A DNA stretch of 64,000 bases, from NCBI RefSeq assembly GCF_009914755.1, contig NC_060939.1, one strand, 5' to 3'. Source of the stretch: the human T2T-CHM13v2.0 reference genome, Homo sapiens. Under the pieces are notes generated by a model. It had not been told where the DNA came from. It ran no database searches and saw nothing but the letters and a program-made list of their open reading frames with translations. Made by a program: the position numbers and the translations under genes. Of the stretch, positions 42,600 through 56,709 are shown piece by piece (positions within the stretch are counted from its first letter, which is position 1; each line of letters begins with the position of its first letter).

Positions 42600-45500
42600 C
42601 ATTCCATTCGATTCTATTCCATTCGACACCATTCCTTTCCATTCCGTTCCATCCGATTCCATTCCATTGTATTCCATTCAATTCCATTCCATTGCATTCC
42701 ATTCGTTTCCATTCCATTCGAATTCATTCCACTCAAGTCCATTCCATTCGAGTCCATTCCATTCGATATCATTCCATACTATTGCATTCCATTCGATTCC
42801 ATTGTTTTCGAATAAATTCCAACCGAGACCATTCCTTTTGTGTCCTTTCTATTTGACTGCATTCCATTTGAGTCCATTAAATTTCTGCACATTCCATTCC
42901 TTTCCATTCCATTCCATTCCATTCCTTTTGGTGCCATTCCATTCCACTCTACTCCATTCAAGTCCATTCCATTTGAGTCCATTCCATTGATTCGATGCCA
43001 TTACATTCAATTCTATTCCATTCGAATCCATTCCATTCCATTTCCTTCCAAACGATTCCATTCCATTCTATTACTTTCTATTCCAATCCATTCCATTCCG
43101 TTCCATTCGTTTCCAATCCATTCGAGTCCACTCCATTCCAGTCCATTCCATTCGATTCCATTCCATTCCAGTCCATTCCATTCAAGTCCATTCCACGGCA
43201 TTCCATTCCATTCGATATATTTTGATAACACCCCATTCCATTCTGCTCCTTACAATTCAATTCAATTCCAGTCCATTTGATTCCATTCCATTTGATTACA
43301 TTCCATTCGACTCCATTCCATTCGACTCTATTCCATTCGAGTACATTCCATTCCATTCCATTGCATTCCGTTCGAATCCCTATTCCATTCCATTTTGTTA
43401 CTGTCCATTCCATTTGAGTCCATTCCATGCCAAACCATTCCATTCGATTCCATTCCAATAGATTCCATTGCACTCGAATCCAGTGCGTTCCATTCCATTG
43501 CTTTCCATTCTATTACATTCCATTGCATTACATTCCATTCCATTTGATTGCATTCCATTCAATTCCATTAATTTCGAATCAATTACATTGCAATCCATTG
43601 CATTAGAGTTCTATTCCAGTCCATTGCATTCTGGCGCATTCCGTTCCATTCCATTCCATTCGATTCCGTTCCATTCGAATCGATTGCATTGCAATGCTTT
43701 ACATTCGAGTCCGTTTTATTCCAGTCCAATCCATTCCGGTCCATTCCGTTCGATTCCATTCTATTCGATGCCACTCCGTACTATTGTATTTCATTCGATT
43801 CCATTCTATTCAAATAAATTCCATTCGAGACCATTCCTTTCATGTCCATTCTATTTGAGTCCATTCCATTCGAGTCCATTATATTTGGGTCCATTCCATT
43901 CAATTCCATTGCAATCGATTCCATTCGATGTCACTCCATTCATTTCTATTCCATTAGAGTCCATGTCATTCGAGTCCATTCCATTCTATTCTATTCCACT
44001 CCATTCCATTCCATTCCACTCCATTCCATTCGTTGCCGTTCCATTCAATTCTATTATATTCCACTCCATTTAATTCCATTCCATTCCATTCCATTCTATT
44101 CCATTCTATCCAATTCCGTTCCATTCTATTCCTTTAAAGTCCATTCCATTCCGTTCCATTCGTTTCCATTCCATTCGAGTAAAGTCCACTCCAGTACTTT
44201 CCATTCGAGTCCATTCCTCTCCAGTCCATTCCGTTCAATCCATTCCATTCCAGTCCATTCCATTCGAGTCCGTTCCATTCCAGTCCATTCCATTCGAGTC
44301 AATTCCATTCCATTCGATATCTTTCCATAACGATCCATTCCATTCTATTCCTTTCGATTCCATTCAATTCCATTCCATTCTATTTCATTCCATTCGATTC
44401 CCGTCCATTGGACTCCTTTCCATTCGAGTGCATTCCATTCCGTTCCATTTCTTTCTGTTCTGTATGATTCCTACCGTTCGATTTCATTTTGTTCCAGTCT
44501 ATTCCTTTCACGTCCATTCCATTCCATTTCACTCCATTCGATTCCATTCCACTCGATTCCCCTCCGTTCCATTTCATTGCATTCCATTCTATTCAATTCT
44601 ATTGCATTCCATTCCATTCCATTTGATTACATTCCATGCGATTCCATTCGAATTCGAATCAATTACATTGAAATCCATTACTATTGAGTCCGTTTTACTC
44701 CAGTCCACTCCATTCTGCTCCATTCCATTTGATTCCATTCCATTCTATTCCATTCCGTACAGTTGCATTCCATTGGATTCCATTCTATATCTATAAATGC
44801 AACTCGAGACCATTGCTTTTGAGTCCATTCTATATGATTCCATTCCATTCAAGTCCATTACATTTGGTTCAATTCCATTCCATTCCATTCCCTTCCATTC
44901 CATTCCATTTGATATCAATCCATTCGATTCCATTCCATTCGAGCACATTCCAATCGAGTCCATTCCATTCGATGCCATTCCATTTGATTCTATTCCATTA
45001 GACTCCATTCAATTCCATTAATCTCCATTCCATTCCATTCTACTCCAACTGATTCCATTCCATTCTATTCCTTTCCATTCCATTCCATTCCATTCGCTTC
45101 TATTCCATTCGTGTCCATTCCACTCCAGTCCATTCCATTCGTGTGCATTCCATTCCAGTCCATTCCATTTGTGTCCACTGCATTCCATTCCACTCCATTC
45201 CATATTATTCCATTACACTCCATTCCATTCTATTACTTTCATTTCCATTCAGTTCCATTCCATTTGATTCCATTCCACTCGGTTTCACTCCATTTGAGTC
45301 CATTCCATTCCATTCCATTCCATTCTGTTCCATTCCATTCCATTCCATTCCATTCCATTCCATTCGGTACCATTCCATATTGTTCCATTCGATTCCATTC
45401 GAATCCATTCCATTCCAGTCCATTCCATTCGATTCCATTCCATTCCTTTCAATTCCATTCCATTCCATTCGATTCCACTTGATTCCACTCCATTCCCTTC

Positions 45501-48500
45501 CACTGCATTCCATTCGATTCCATTCCATTGCATTGCATTCCATTCCATTGGATTGCATTCCATTCGATTCCATTCCATTCGAATCAATTACATAGCAATC
45601 CATTACATTCGAGTCTGTTCTATTCCGTTGCACTCGATTTCGTTCCAATCCATTCGATTCCATTCCATTCGATTCCATTCCATACTATTGCATTCCATTC
45701 GATTAAATTATATTCGAATAAATTCCATTCAAGACCATTTCTGTTGAGTCCATTCTACTTGAGTCCATTCCCTTTGATTCCATAACATTTGAGTCCATTC
45801 AATTCCATTCCTTTCGTTTCCATTCCATTTGATGCCATTCCATTCAATTCTGTTCTACTCGACTCCAATACATTCAATTCCATTCCAACCGATTCCATTA
45901 CATTCTTTTCATTTCTTATCCATTTCAAGCCATTCCATTCCATTCCATTCCACTCGTTTCCTTTCCATTCGAGTCCATTCCACTCCAGTCCATTCCATTC
46001 GAATCCATTTCACTCCAGTCCATTCCATTCGAATCCGTTTCACTCCAGTCCATTAAATTCGAGTACATTCCATTCCATTCTATTCAATGCCATTCCATTC
46101 GATTCTATTCCATTCGACACCATTCCTTTCCATTCCGTTCCATCCGATTCCATTCCATTGTATTCCATTCAATTGCATTCCATTCGTTTCCATTCCATTC
46201 GATTTCATTCCACTCAAGTCCATTCCATTCGAGTCCATTCCATTCGATATCATTCCATACTATTGCATTCCATTCGATTCCATTGTTTTCGAATAAATTC
46301 CAACCGAGACCATTCCTTTTGTGTCCTTTCTATTTGACTGCATTCCATTTGAGTCCATTAAATTTCTGCACATTCCATTCCTTTCCATTCCTTTCCATTC
46401 CATTCCTTTCGGTGCCATTCCATTCCACTCTACTCCATTCAAGTCCATTCCATTTGAGTCCATTCCATTGATTCGATGCCATTACATTCAATTCTATTTC
46501 ATTCGAATCCATTCCATTCCATTTCCTTCCAAACGATTTCATTCCATTCTATTACTTTCTATTCCAATCCATTCCATTTCGTTCCATTCGTTTCCATTCC
46601 ATTCGAGTCCACTCCATTCCAGTCCATTCCATTCGATTCCATTCCATTCCAGTCCATTCCATTCAAGTCCATTCCACTCCATTCCATTCCATTCGATATC
46701 TTTTGATAACACCCCATTCCATTCTGCTCCTTACAATTCAATTCAATTCCAGTCCATTTGATTCCATTCCATTTGATTACATTCCATTCGACTCCATTCC
46801 ATTCGACTCTATTCCATTCGAGTCCATTCCATTCCATTCCATTGCATTCCGTTCGAATCCCTATTCCATTCCATTTTGTTACTGTCCATTCCATTTGAGT
46901 CCATTCCATGCCAAACCATTCCATTCGATTCCATTCCAATAGATTCCATTGCACTCGAATCCAGTGCGTTCCATTCCATTGCTTTCCATTCCATTACATT
47001 CCATTGCATTACATTCCATTCCATTTGATTGCATTCCATTCAATTCCATTAATTTCGAATCAATTACATTGCAATCCATTGCATTCGAGTTCTATTCCAG
47101 TCCATTGCATTCCGGCGCATTCCGTTCCATTCCATTCCATTCGATTCCGTTCCATTCGAATCGATTGCATTGCAATGCATTACATTCGAGTCCGTTTTAT
47201 TCCAGTCCAATCCATTCCGGTCCATTCCGTTCGATTCCATTCCATTCGATGCCACTCCATACTATTGTATTTCATTCGATTCCATTCTATTCAAATAAAT
47301 TCCATTCGAGACCATTCCTTTCATGTCCATTCTATTTGAGTCCATTCCATTCGAGTCCATTATATTTGGGTCCATTCCGTTCAATTCCATTGCAATCGAT
47401 TCCATTCGATGTCACTCCATTCATTTCTATTCCATTAGAGTCCATGTCATTCGAGTCCATTCCATTCTATTCTATTCCACTCCATTCCATTCCATTCCAT
47501 TCCATTCCATTCGTTGCCGTTCCATTCAATTCTATTATATTCCACTCCATTTAATTCCATTCCATTCCATTCCATTCCATTCTATTCCATTCTATCCAAT
47601 TCCGTTCCATTCTATTCCTTTAAAGTCCATTCCATTCCATTCCATTCGTTTCCATTCCATTCGAGTAAAGTCCACTCCAGTCCTTTCCATTCGAGTCCAT
47701 TCCTCTCCAGTCCATTCCGTTCAATCCATTCCATTCCAGTCCATTCCATTCGAGTCCGTTCCATTCCAGTCCATTCCATTCGAGTCAATTCCATTCCATT
47801 CGATATCTTTCCATAACGATCCATTCCATTCTATTCCTTTCGATTCCATTCAATTCCATTCCATTCTATTCCCTTCCATTGGACTCCTTTCCATTCGAGT
47901 GCATTCCATTCCGTTCCATTTCTTTCTGTTCTGTATGATTCCTACCGTTCGATTTCATTTTGTTCCAGTCTATTCCTTTCACGTCCATTCCATTCCATTT
48001 CACTCCATTCGATTCCATTCCACTCGATTCCCCTCCGTTCCATTTCATTGCATTCCATTCTATTCAATTCTATTGCATTCCATTCCATTCCATTTGATTA
48101 CATTCCATGCGATTCCATTCGAATTCGAATCAATTACATTGAAATCCATTACTATTGAGTCCGTTTTACTCCAGTCCACTCCATTCTGCTCCATTCCATT
48201 TGATTCCATTCCATTCTATTCCATTCTGTACAGTTGCATTCCATTGGATTCCATTCTATATCTATAAATGCAACTCGAGACCATTGCTTTTGAGTCCATT
48301 CTATATGATTCCATTCCATTCAAGTCCATTACATTTGGTTCAATTCCATTCCATTCCATTCCCTTCCATTCCATTCCATTTGATATCAATCCATTCGATT
48401 CCATTCCATTCGAGCACATTCCAATCGAGTCCATTCCATTCGATGCCATTCCATTTGATTCTATTCCATTAGACTCCATTCAATTCCATTAATCTCCATT

Positions 48501-48650
48501 CCATTCCATTCTACTCCAACAGATTCCATTCCATTCTATTCCTTTCCATTCCATTCCATTCCATTTGCTTCTATTCCATTCGTGTCCATTCCACTCCAGT
48601 CCATTCCATTCGTGTCCATTCCATTCCAGTCCATTCCATTTGTGTCCACT
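42600..48650 (+). repeat. Third partial copy (~6 kb) of the super-repeat block 4.3-10.4 kb
   Basis: Constant offset of +38,277 from copy 1 (4563/42840, 5849/44126, 9046/47323, 10305/48582). Includes the 15-bp-shorter ATTCTATTCCCTTCC variant and the TTCTGTACAG and CCATTTGCTT variants. Confidence 0.85.
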
Positions 48651-49593
48651 GCATTCCATTCCACTCCATTCCATATTATTCCATTACACTCCATTCCATT
48701 CTATTACTTTCATTTCCATTCAATTCCACTCCATTTGATTCCATTCCACTCGGTTTCATTCCATTTGAGTCCACTCCATTCCATTCCATTCCATTCCATT
48801 CATTTCCATTCCATTCTGTTCCATTCCGTTCCATTCCATTACATTCCTTTCCATTCGGTACCATTCCATATTGTTCCATTCGATTCCATTCGAATCCATT
48901 CCATTCCAGTCCATTCCATTCGATTCCATTCCATTCCTTTCAATTCCATTCCATTCCATTCCATTCCACTTGATTCCACTCCATTCCCTTCCACTGCATT
49001 CCATTCGATTCCATTCCATTGCATTGCATTCCATTCCATTGGACTGCATTCCATTCGATTCCATTCCATTCGAATCAATTACTTAGCAATCCATTACATT
49101 CGAGTCTATTCTATTCCGTTCCATTCGATTTCATTCCAATCCATTCGATTCCATTCCATTCGATTCCATTCCATACTATTGCATTCCATTCGATTACATT
49201 ATATTCGAATAAGTTCCATTCAAGACCATTTCTTTTGAGTCCATTCTATTTGAGTCCATTACCTTTGATTCCATAACATTTGAGTCCATTCAATTCCATT
49301 CCTTTCGTTTCCATTCCATTTGATGCCATTCCATTCAATTCGGTTCTACTCGTCTCCAATACATTCAATTCCATTCCATCCGATTCCATTACATTCTTTT
49401 CATTTCTTATCCATTTCAAGCCATTCCACTCCATTCCATTCCACTCGTTTCCTTTCCATTCGAGTCCATTCCTCTCCAGTCCATTCCGTTCAATCCATTC
49501 CATACCAGTGCATTCCATTCGAGTCCGTTCCATTCCAGTCCATTTCATTCGAATCAATTCCATTCCATTCGATGTCTTTCCATAACGATCCAT

Positions 49594-52500
49594 TCCATTC
49601 TATTCCTTTCGATTCCATTCCATTCTATTTCATTCCATTCGATTCCCTTCCATTGGACTCCTTTCCATTCGAGTGCATTCCATTCCGTTCCATTTCTTTC
49701 CATTCTGTACGATTCCTACCGTTCGATTTCATTTTGTTCCAGTCCATTCCTTTCGCGTCCATTCCATTCCATTTCACTCCATTCGATTCCATTCCACTCG
49801 ATTCCACTTCGTTCCATTTCATTGCATTCCATTCTATTCAACTCTATTGCCTTCCATTCCATTCCATTCGATTACATTCCATGCGATTCCATTCGAAATC
49901 GAATCAATGACATTGCAATCCATTACAATTGAGTCCGTTTTATTCCAGTCCACTGCATTCTGGTCCATTCCATTTGATTCCATTCCATTCTATTCCATTC
50001 CATACAGTTGCATTCCATTGGATTCCATTCTATATCTATAAATTCAATTCGAGACCATTGCTTTTGAGTCAATTCTATATGATTCCATTCCATTCAAGTC
50101 CATTACATTTGGTTCAATTCCATTCCATTCCATTCCCTTCCATTCCATTCCAGTTGATATCAATCCATTCGATTCCATTCCATTCGAGCACATTCCATTC
50201 GAGTCCATTCCATTCGATGCCATTCCATTTGATTCTATTCCATTAGTCTCCATTCAATTCCATTAATCTCCATTCCATTCCATTCTACTCCAACTGATTC
50301 CATTCCATTCTATTCCTTTCCATTCCATTTCATTCCATTCCATTCCATTTCATTCCATTCCATTCCATTCGTGTCCATTCCACTCCAGTCCATTCCATTC
50401 GTGTCCATTCCATTCCAGTCCATTCCATTTGTGTCCACTGCATTCCATTCCACTCCATTCCATATTATTCCATTACACTCCATTCCATTCTATTACTTTC
50501 ATTTCCATTCAATTCCATTCCATTTGATTCCATTCCACTCGGTTTCATTCCATTTGAGTCCACTCCATTCCATTCCATTCCATTCAATTCAGTTCCATTC
50601 CATTCTGTTCCATTCCATTCCGTTCCATTACATTCCATTCCATTCGGTACCATTCCATATTGTTCCATTCGATTCCATTCGAATCCATTCCATTCCAGTC
50701 CATTCCATTCGATTCCATTCCATTCATTTCAATTCCATTCCATTCCATTCCATTCCATTCCACTTGATTCCTCTCCATTCCCTTCCACTGCATTCCGTTC
50801 GATTCCATTCCATTGCATTGCATTCCATTCCATTGGATTGCATTCCATTCGATTCCATTCCATTCGAATCAATTACATAGCAATCCATTACATTCGAGTG
50901 TATTCTATTCCGTTCCATTCGATTTCGTTCCAATCCATTCGATTCCATTCCATTCGATTCCATTCCATACTATTGCATTCCATTCGATTACATTATATTC
51001 GAATAAGTTCCATTCAAGACCATTTCTTTTGAGTCCATTCTATTTGAGTCCATTCCCTTTGATTCCATAACATTTGAGTCCATTCAATTCCATTCCTTTC
51101 GTTTCCATTCCATTTGATGCCATTCCATTCAATTCTGTTCTACTCGACTCCAATACATTCAATTCCATTCCATCCGATTCCATTACATTCTTTTCATTTC
51201 TTATCCATTTCAAGCCATTCCACTCCATTCCATTCCACTCGTTTCCTTTCCATTCGAGTCCATTCCTCTCCAGTCCATTCCGTTCAATCCATTCCATTCC
51301 AGTCCATTCCATTCGAGTCCGTTCCATTCCAGTCCATTCCATTCGAGGCAATTCCATTCCATTCGATGTCTTTCCATAACGATCCATTCCATTCTATTCC
51401 TTTCGATTCCATTCCATTCTATTTCATTCCATTCGATTCCCTTCCATTGGACTCCTTTCCATTCGAGTGCATTCCATTCCGTTCCATTTCTTTCCGTTCT
51501 GTACGATTCCTACCGTTCGATTTCATTTTGTTCCAGTCCATTCCTTTCGCGTCCATTCCATTCCATTTCACTCCATTCGATTCCATTCCACTCGATTCCA
51601 CTTCGTTCCATTTCATTGCATTCCATTCTATTCAACTCTATTGCCTTCCATTCCATTCCATTCGATTACATTCCATGCGATTCCATTCGAAATCGAATCA
51701 ATTACATTGCAATCCATTACTATTGAGTCCATTTTATTCCAGTCCACTGCATTCTGGTCCATTCCATTTGATTCCATTCCATTCTATTCCATTCCATACA
51801 GTTGCATTCCATTGCATTCCATTCTATATCTATAAATTCAATTGGAGACCATTGCTTTTGAGTCCATTCTATATGATTCCATTCCATTCAAGTCCATTAC
51901 ATTTGGTTCAATTCCATTCCATTCCATTCCCTTCCATTCCATTCCAGTTGATATCAATCCATTCGATTCCATTCCATTCGAGCACATTCCATTCGAGTCC
52001 ATTCCATTCGATGCCATTCCATTTGATTCTATTCCATTAGTCTCCATTCAATTCCATTAATCTCCATTCCATTCCATTCTACTCCAACTGATTCCATTCC
52101 ATTCTATTCCTTTCCATTCCATTTCATTCCATTCCATTCCATTTCATTCCATTCCATTCCATTCGCTTCCATTCCATTCGTGTCCATTCCACTCCAGTCC
52201 ATTCCATTCGTGTCCATTCCATTCCAGTCCATTCCATTTGTGTCCACTGCATTCCATTCCACTCCATTCCATATTATTCCATTACTCTCCATTCCATTCT
52301 ATTACTTTCATTTCCATTCAATTCCATTCAATTTGATTCCATTCCACTCGGTTTCATTCCATTTGAGTCCACTCCATTCCATTCCATTCCATTCCATTCC
52401 ATTCAGTTCCATTCCATTCTGTTCCATTCCATATTGTTCCATTCGATTCCATTCGAATCCATTCCATTCCAGTCCATTCCATTCGGTTCCATTCCATTCC

Positions 52501-55500
52501 TTTCAATTCCATTCCATTCCTTTCCATTCCACTTGATTCCACTCCATTCGCTTCCACTGCTTTCCATTCGATTCCATTCCATTGCATTGCATTCCATTCC
52601 ATTGGACTGCATTCCATTCGATTCCATTCCATTCGAATCAATTACATAGCAATCCATTACATTCGAGTCTATTCTATTCCGTTCCATTCGATTTCGTTCC
52701 AATCCATTCGATTCCATTCCATTCGATTCCATTCCATACTATTGCATTCCATTCGATTACATTATATTCTAATAAGTTCCATTCAAGACCATTTCTTTTG
52801 AGTCCATTCTATTTGAGTCCATTCCCTTTGATTCCATAACATTTGAGTCCATTCAATTCCATTCCTTTCGTTTCCATTCCATTTGATTCCATTCCATTCA
52901 ATTCTGTTCTACTCGACTCCAATACATTCAATTCCATTCCATCCGATTCCATTACATTCTTTTCATTTCTTATCCATTTCAAGCCCTTCCACTCCATTCC
53001 ATTCCACTCGTTTCCTTTCCATTCGAGTCCATTCCTCTCCAGTCCATTCCGTTCAATCCATTCCATTCCAGTCCATTCCATTCGAGTCCATTCCATTCCA
53101 GTCCATTCCATTCGAGTCAATTCCATCCCATTCGATGTCTTTCCATAACGATCCATTCCATTCTATTCCTTTCGATTCCATTCCATTCTATTTCATTCCA
53201 TTCGATTCCCTTCCATTGGACTCCTTTCCATTCGAGTGCATTCCATTCCGTTCCATTTCTTTCCGTTCTGTACGATTCCTACCGTTCGATTTCATTTTGT
53301 TCCAGTCCATTCCTTTCGCGTCCATTCCATTCCATTTCACTCCATTCGATTCCATTCCACTCGATTCCACTTCGTTCCATTTCATTGCATTCCATTCTAT
53401 TCAACTCTATTGCCTTCCATTCCATTCCATTCGATTACATTCCATGCGATTCCATTCGAAATCGAATCAATTACATTGCAATCCATTACTATTGAGTCCG
53501 TTTTATTCCAGTCCACTGCATTCTGGTCCATTCCATTTGATTCCATTCCATTCTATTCCATTCCATACAGTTGCATTCCATTGGATTCCATTCTATATCT
53601 ATAAATTCAATTCGAGACCATTGCTTTTGAGTCCATTCTATATGATTCCATTCCATTCAAGTCCATTACATTTGGTTCAATTCCATTCCATTCCATTCCC
53701 TTCCATTCCATTCCAGTTGATATCAATCCATTCGATTCCATTCCATTCGAGCACATTCCATTCGAGTCCATTCCATTCGATGCCATTCCATTTGATTCTA
53801 TTCCATTAGTCTCCATTCAATTCCATTAATCTCCATTCCATTCCATTCTACTCCAACTGATTCCATTCCATTCTATTCCTTTCCATTCCATTTAATTCCA
53901 TTCCATTCCATTTCATTCCATTCCACTCCATTCGCTTCCATTCCATTCGTGTCCATTCCACTCCAGTCCATTCCATTCGTGTCCATTCCATTCCAGTCCA
54001 TTCCATTTGTGTCCACTGCATTCCATTCCACTCCATTCCATATTATTCCATTACACTCCATTCCATTCTATTACTTTCATTTCCATTCAATTCCATTCCA
54101 TTTGATTCCATTCCACTCGGTTTCATTCCATTTGAGTCCACTCCATTCCATTCCATTCCATTCCATTCAGTTCCATTCCATTCTGTTCCATTCCATATTG
54201 TTCCATTCGATTCCATTCGAATCCATTCCATTCCAGTCCATTCCATTCTGTTCCATTCCATTCCTTTCAATTCCATTCCATTCCTTTCCATTCCACTTGA
54301 TTCCACTCCATTCGCTTCCACTGCTTTCCATTCGATTCCATTCCATTGCATTGCATTCCATTCCATTGGACTGCATTCCATTCGATTCCATTCCATTCGA
54401 ATCAATTACATAGCAATCCATTACATTCGAGTCTATTCTATTCCGTTCCATTCGATTTCGTTCCAATCCATTCGATTCCATTCCATTCGATTCCATTCCA
54501 TACTATTGCATTCCATTCGATTACATTATATTCGAATAAGTTCCATTCAAGACCATTTCTTTTGAGTCCATTCTATTTGAGTCCATTCCCTTTGATTCCA
54601 TAACATTTGAGTCCATTCAATTCCATTCCTTTCGTTTCCATTCCATTTGATGCCATTCCATTCAATTCTGTTCTACTCGACTCCAATACATTCAATTCCA
54701 TTCCATCCGATTCCATTACATTCTTTTCATTTCTTATCCATTTCAAGCCCTTCCACTCCATTCCATTCCACTCGTTTCCTTTCCATTCGAGTCCATTCCT
54801 CTCCAGTCCATTCCGTTCAATCCATTCCATTCCAGTCCATTCCATTCGAGTCCATTCCATTCCAGTCCATTCCATTCGAGTCAATTCCATTCCATTCGAT
54901 GTCTTTCCATAACGATCCATTCCATTCTATTCCTTTCGATTCCATTCCATTCTATTTCATTCCATTCGATTCCTTTTCATTGGACTCCTTTCCATTCGAG
55001 TGCATTCCATTCCGTTCCATTTCTTTCCGTTCTGTACGATTCCTACCGTTCGATTTCATTTTGTTCCAGTCCATTCCTTTCGCGTCCATTCCATTCCATT
55101 TCACTCCATTCGATTCCATTCCACTCGATTCCACTTCGTTCCATTTCATTGCCTTCCATTCTGTTCAACTCTATTGCCTTCCATTCCATTCCATTCGATT
55201 ACATTCCATGCGATTCCATTCGAAATCGAATCAATTACATTGCAATCCATTACTATAGAGTCCGTTTTATTCCACTCCACTGCATTCTGGTCCATTCCAT
55301 TTGATTCCATTCCATTCTATTCCATTCCATACAGTTGCATTCCATTGGATTCCATTCTATATCTATAAATTCAATTCGAGACCATTGCTTTTGGGTCCAT
55401 TCTATATGATTCCATTCCATTCAAGTCCATTACATTTGGTTCAATTCCATTCCATTCCATTCCATTCCATTCCATTCCAGTTTATATCAATCCATTCGAT

Positions 55501-56709
55501 TCCATTCCATTCCAGCAAATTCCATTCGAGTCCATTCCATTCGATGCCATTCCATTTGGTTCTATTCCATTAGTCTCCATTCAATTCCATTAATCTCCAT
55601 TCCATTCCATTCTACTCCAACTGATTCCATTCCATTCTATTCCTTTCCATTCCATTTCATTCCATTCCATTCCATTTCATTCCATTCCATTCCATTCCAT
55701 TCCATTCGCTTCCATTCCATTCGTGTCCATTCCATTCCAGTCCATTCCATTTGTGTCCAGTGCATTCCATTCCACTCCATTATATATTATTCCGTTACAC
55801 TCCATTCCATTCTATTACTTTCATTTCCATTCAATTCCATTCCATTTGATTCCATTCCACTCGGTTTCATTCCATTTGAGTCCACTCCATTCCATTCCAT
55901 TCCATTCCATTCAGTTCCATTCCATTCTGTTCCATTCCATTCCGTTCCATTACATTCCATTCCATTCGGTACCATTCCATATTGTTCCATTCGATTCCAT
56001 TCGAATCCATTCCATTCCAGTCCATTCCATTCGATTCCATTCCATTCATTTCAATTCCATTCCATTCCATTCCATTACATTCCACTTGATTCCTCTCCAT
56101 TCCCTTCCACTGCATTCCGTTCGATTCCATTCCATTGCATTGCATTCCATTCCATTGGATTGCATTCCATTCGATTCCATTCCATTCGAATCAATTACAT
56201 AGCAATCCATTACATTCGAGTCTATTCTATTCCGTTCCATTCGATTTCGTTCCAATCCATTCGATTCCATTCCATTCGATTCCATTCCATACTATTGCAT
56301 TCCATTCGATTACATCATATTCGAATAAGTTCCATTCAAGACCATTTCTTTTCAGTCCATTCTATTTGAGTCCATTCCCTTTGATTCCATAACATTTGAG
56401 TCCATTCAATTCCATTCCTTTCGTTTCCATTCCATTTGATGCCATTCCATTCAATTCTGTTCTACTCGACTCCAATACATTCAATTCCATTCCATCCGAT
56501 TCCATTACATTCTTTTCATTTCTTATCCATTTCAAGCCATTCCACTCCATTCCATTCCACTCGTTTCCTTTCCATTCGAGTCCATTCCTTTCCAGTCCAT
56601 TCCGTTCAATCCATTCCATTCCAGTCCATTCCATTCGAGTCCGTTCCATTCCAGTCCATTCCATTCGAGTCAATTCCATTCCATTCGATGTCTTTCCATA
56701 ACGATCCAT
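49594..56709 (+). repeat. 7,116-bp tetrameric higher-order repeat, copy 1 (1794+1769+1764+1789)
   Basis: Rare variants recur at +7,116: GAGGCAATT ~51345/58461, AATTGGAGACC ~51840/58956, CCATCCCATT ~53123/60239, TATAGAG ~55254/62370, CAGCAAATT ~55513/62629, TACATCATAT 56311/63427, KpnI 50646/57762 and 55968/63084. Confidence 0.93.

Larger units (their letters stand above)
1..48650 (+). repeat. Domain A: nested tandem repeat of ~3.48 kb units
   Basis: Landmark spacings of 3476, 3486, 3466, 3505, 3466, 3476, 3486, 3466, 3505, 3546, 3486 and 3486 bp, plus truncated units. One KpnI site (GGTACC) per full unit at 3598, 7089, 10565, 14041, 17546, 22912, 26403, 29879, 33360, 36860, 38394, 41875, 45366. 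A-specific motifs GATAACACCCC, GCCAAACC, GGCGCATTCC and CCTTTAAAGTCC recur once per unit. Confidence 0.95.

Noticed and set aside
1-48650. Y-chromosome DYZ1 because of the ~3.5 kb period
   Set aside because: The unit here is ~3.48 kb, shorter than the ~3.56 kb DYZ1 unit as I recall it, and it adjoins a homologous 1.78 kb array. Period alone is insufficient, and alignment is needed to exclude it formally.
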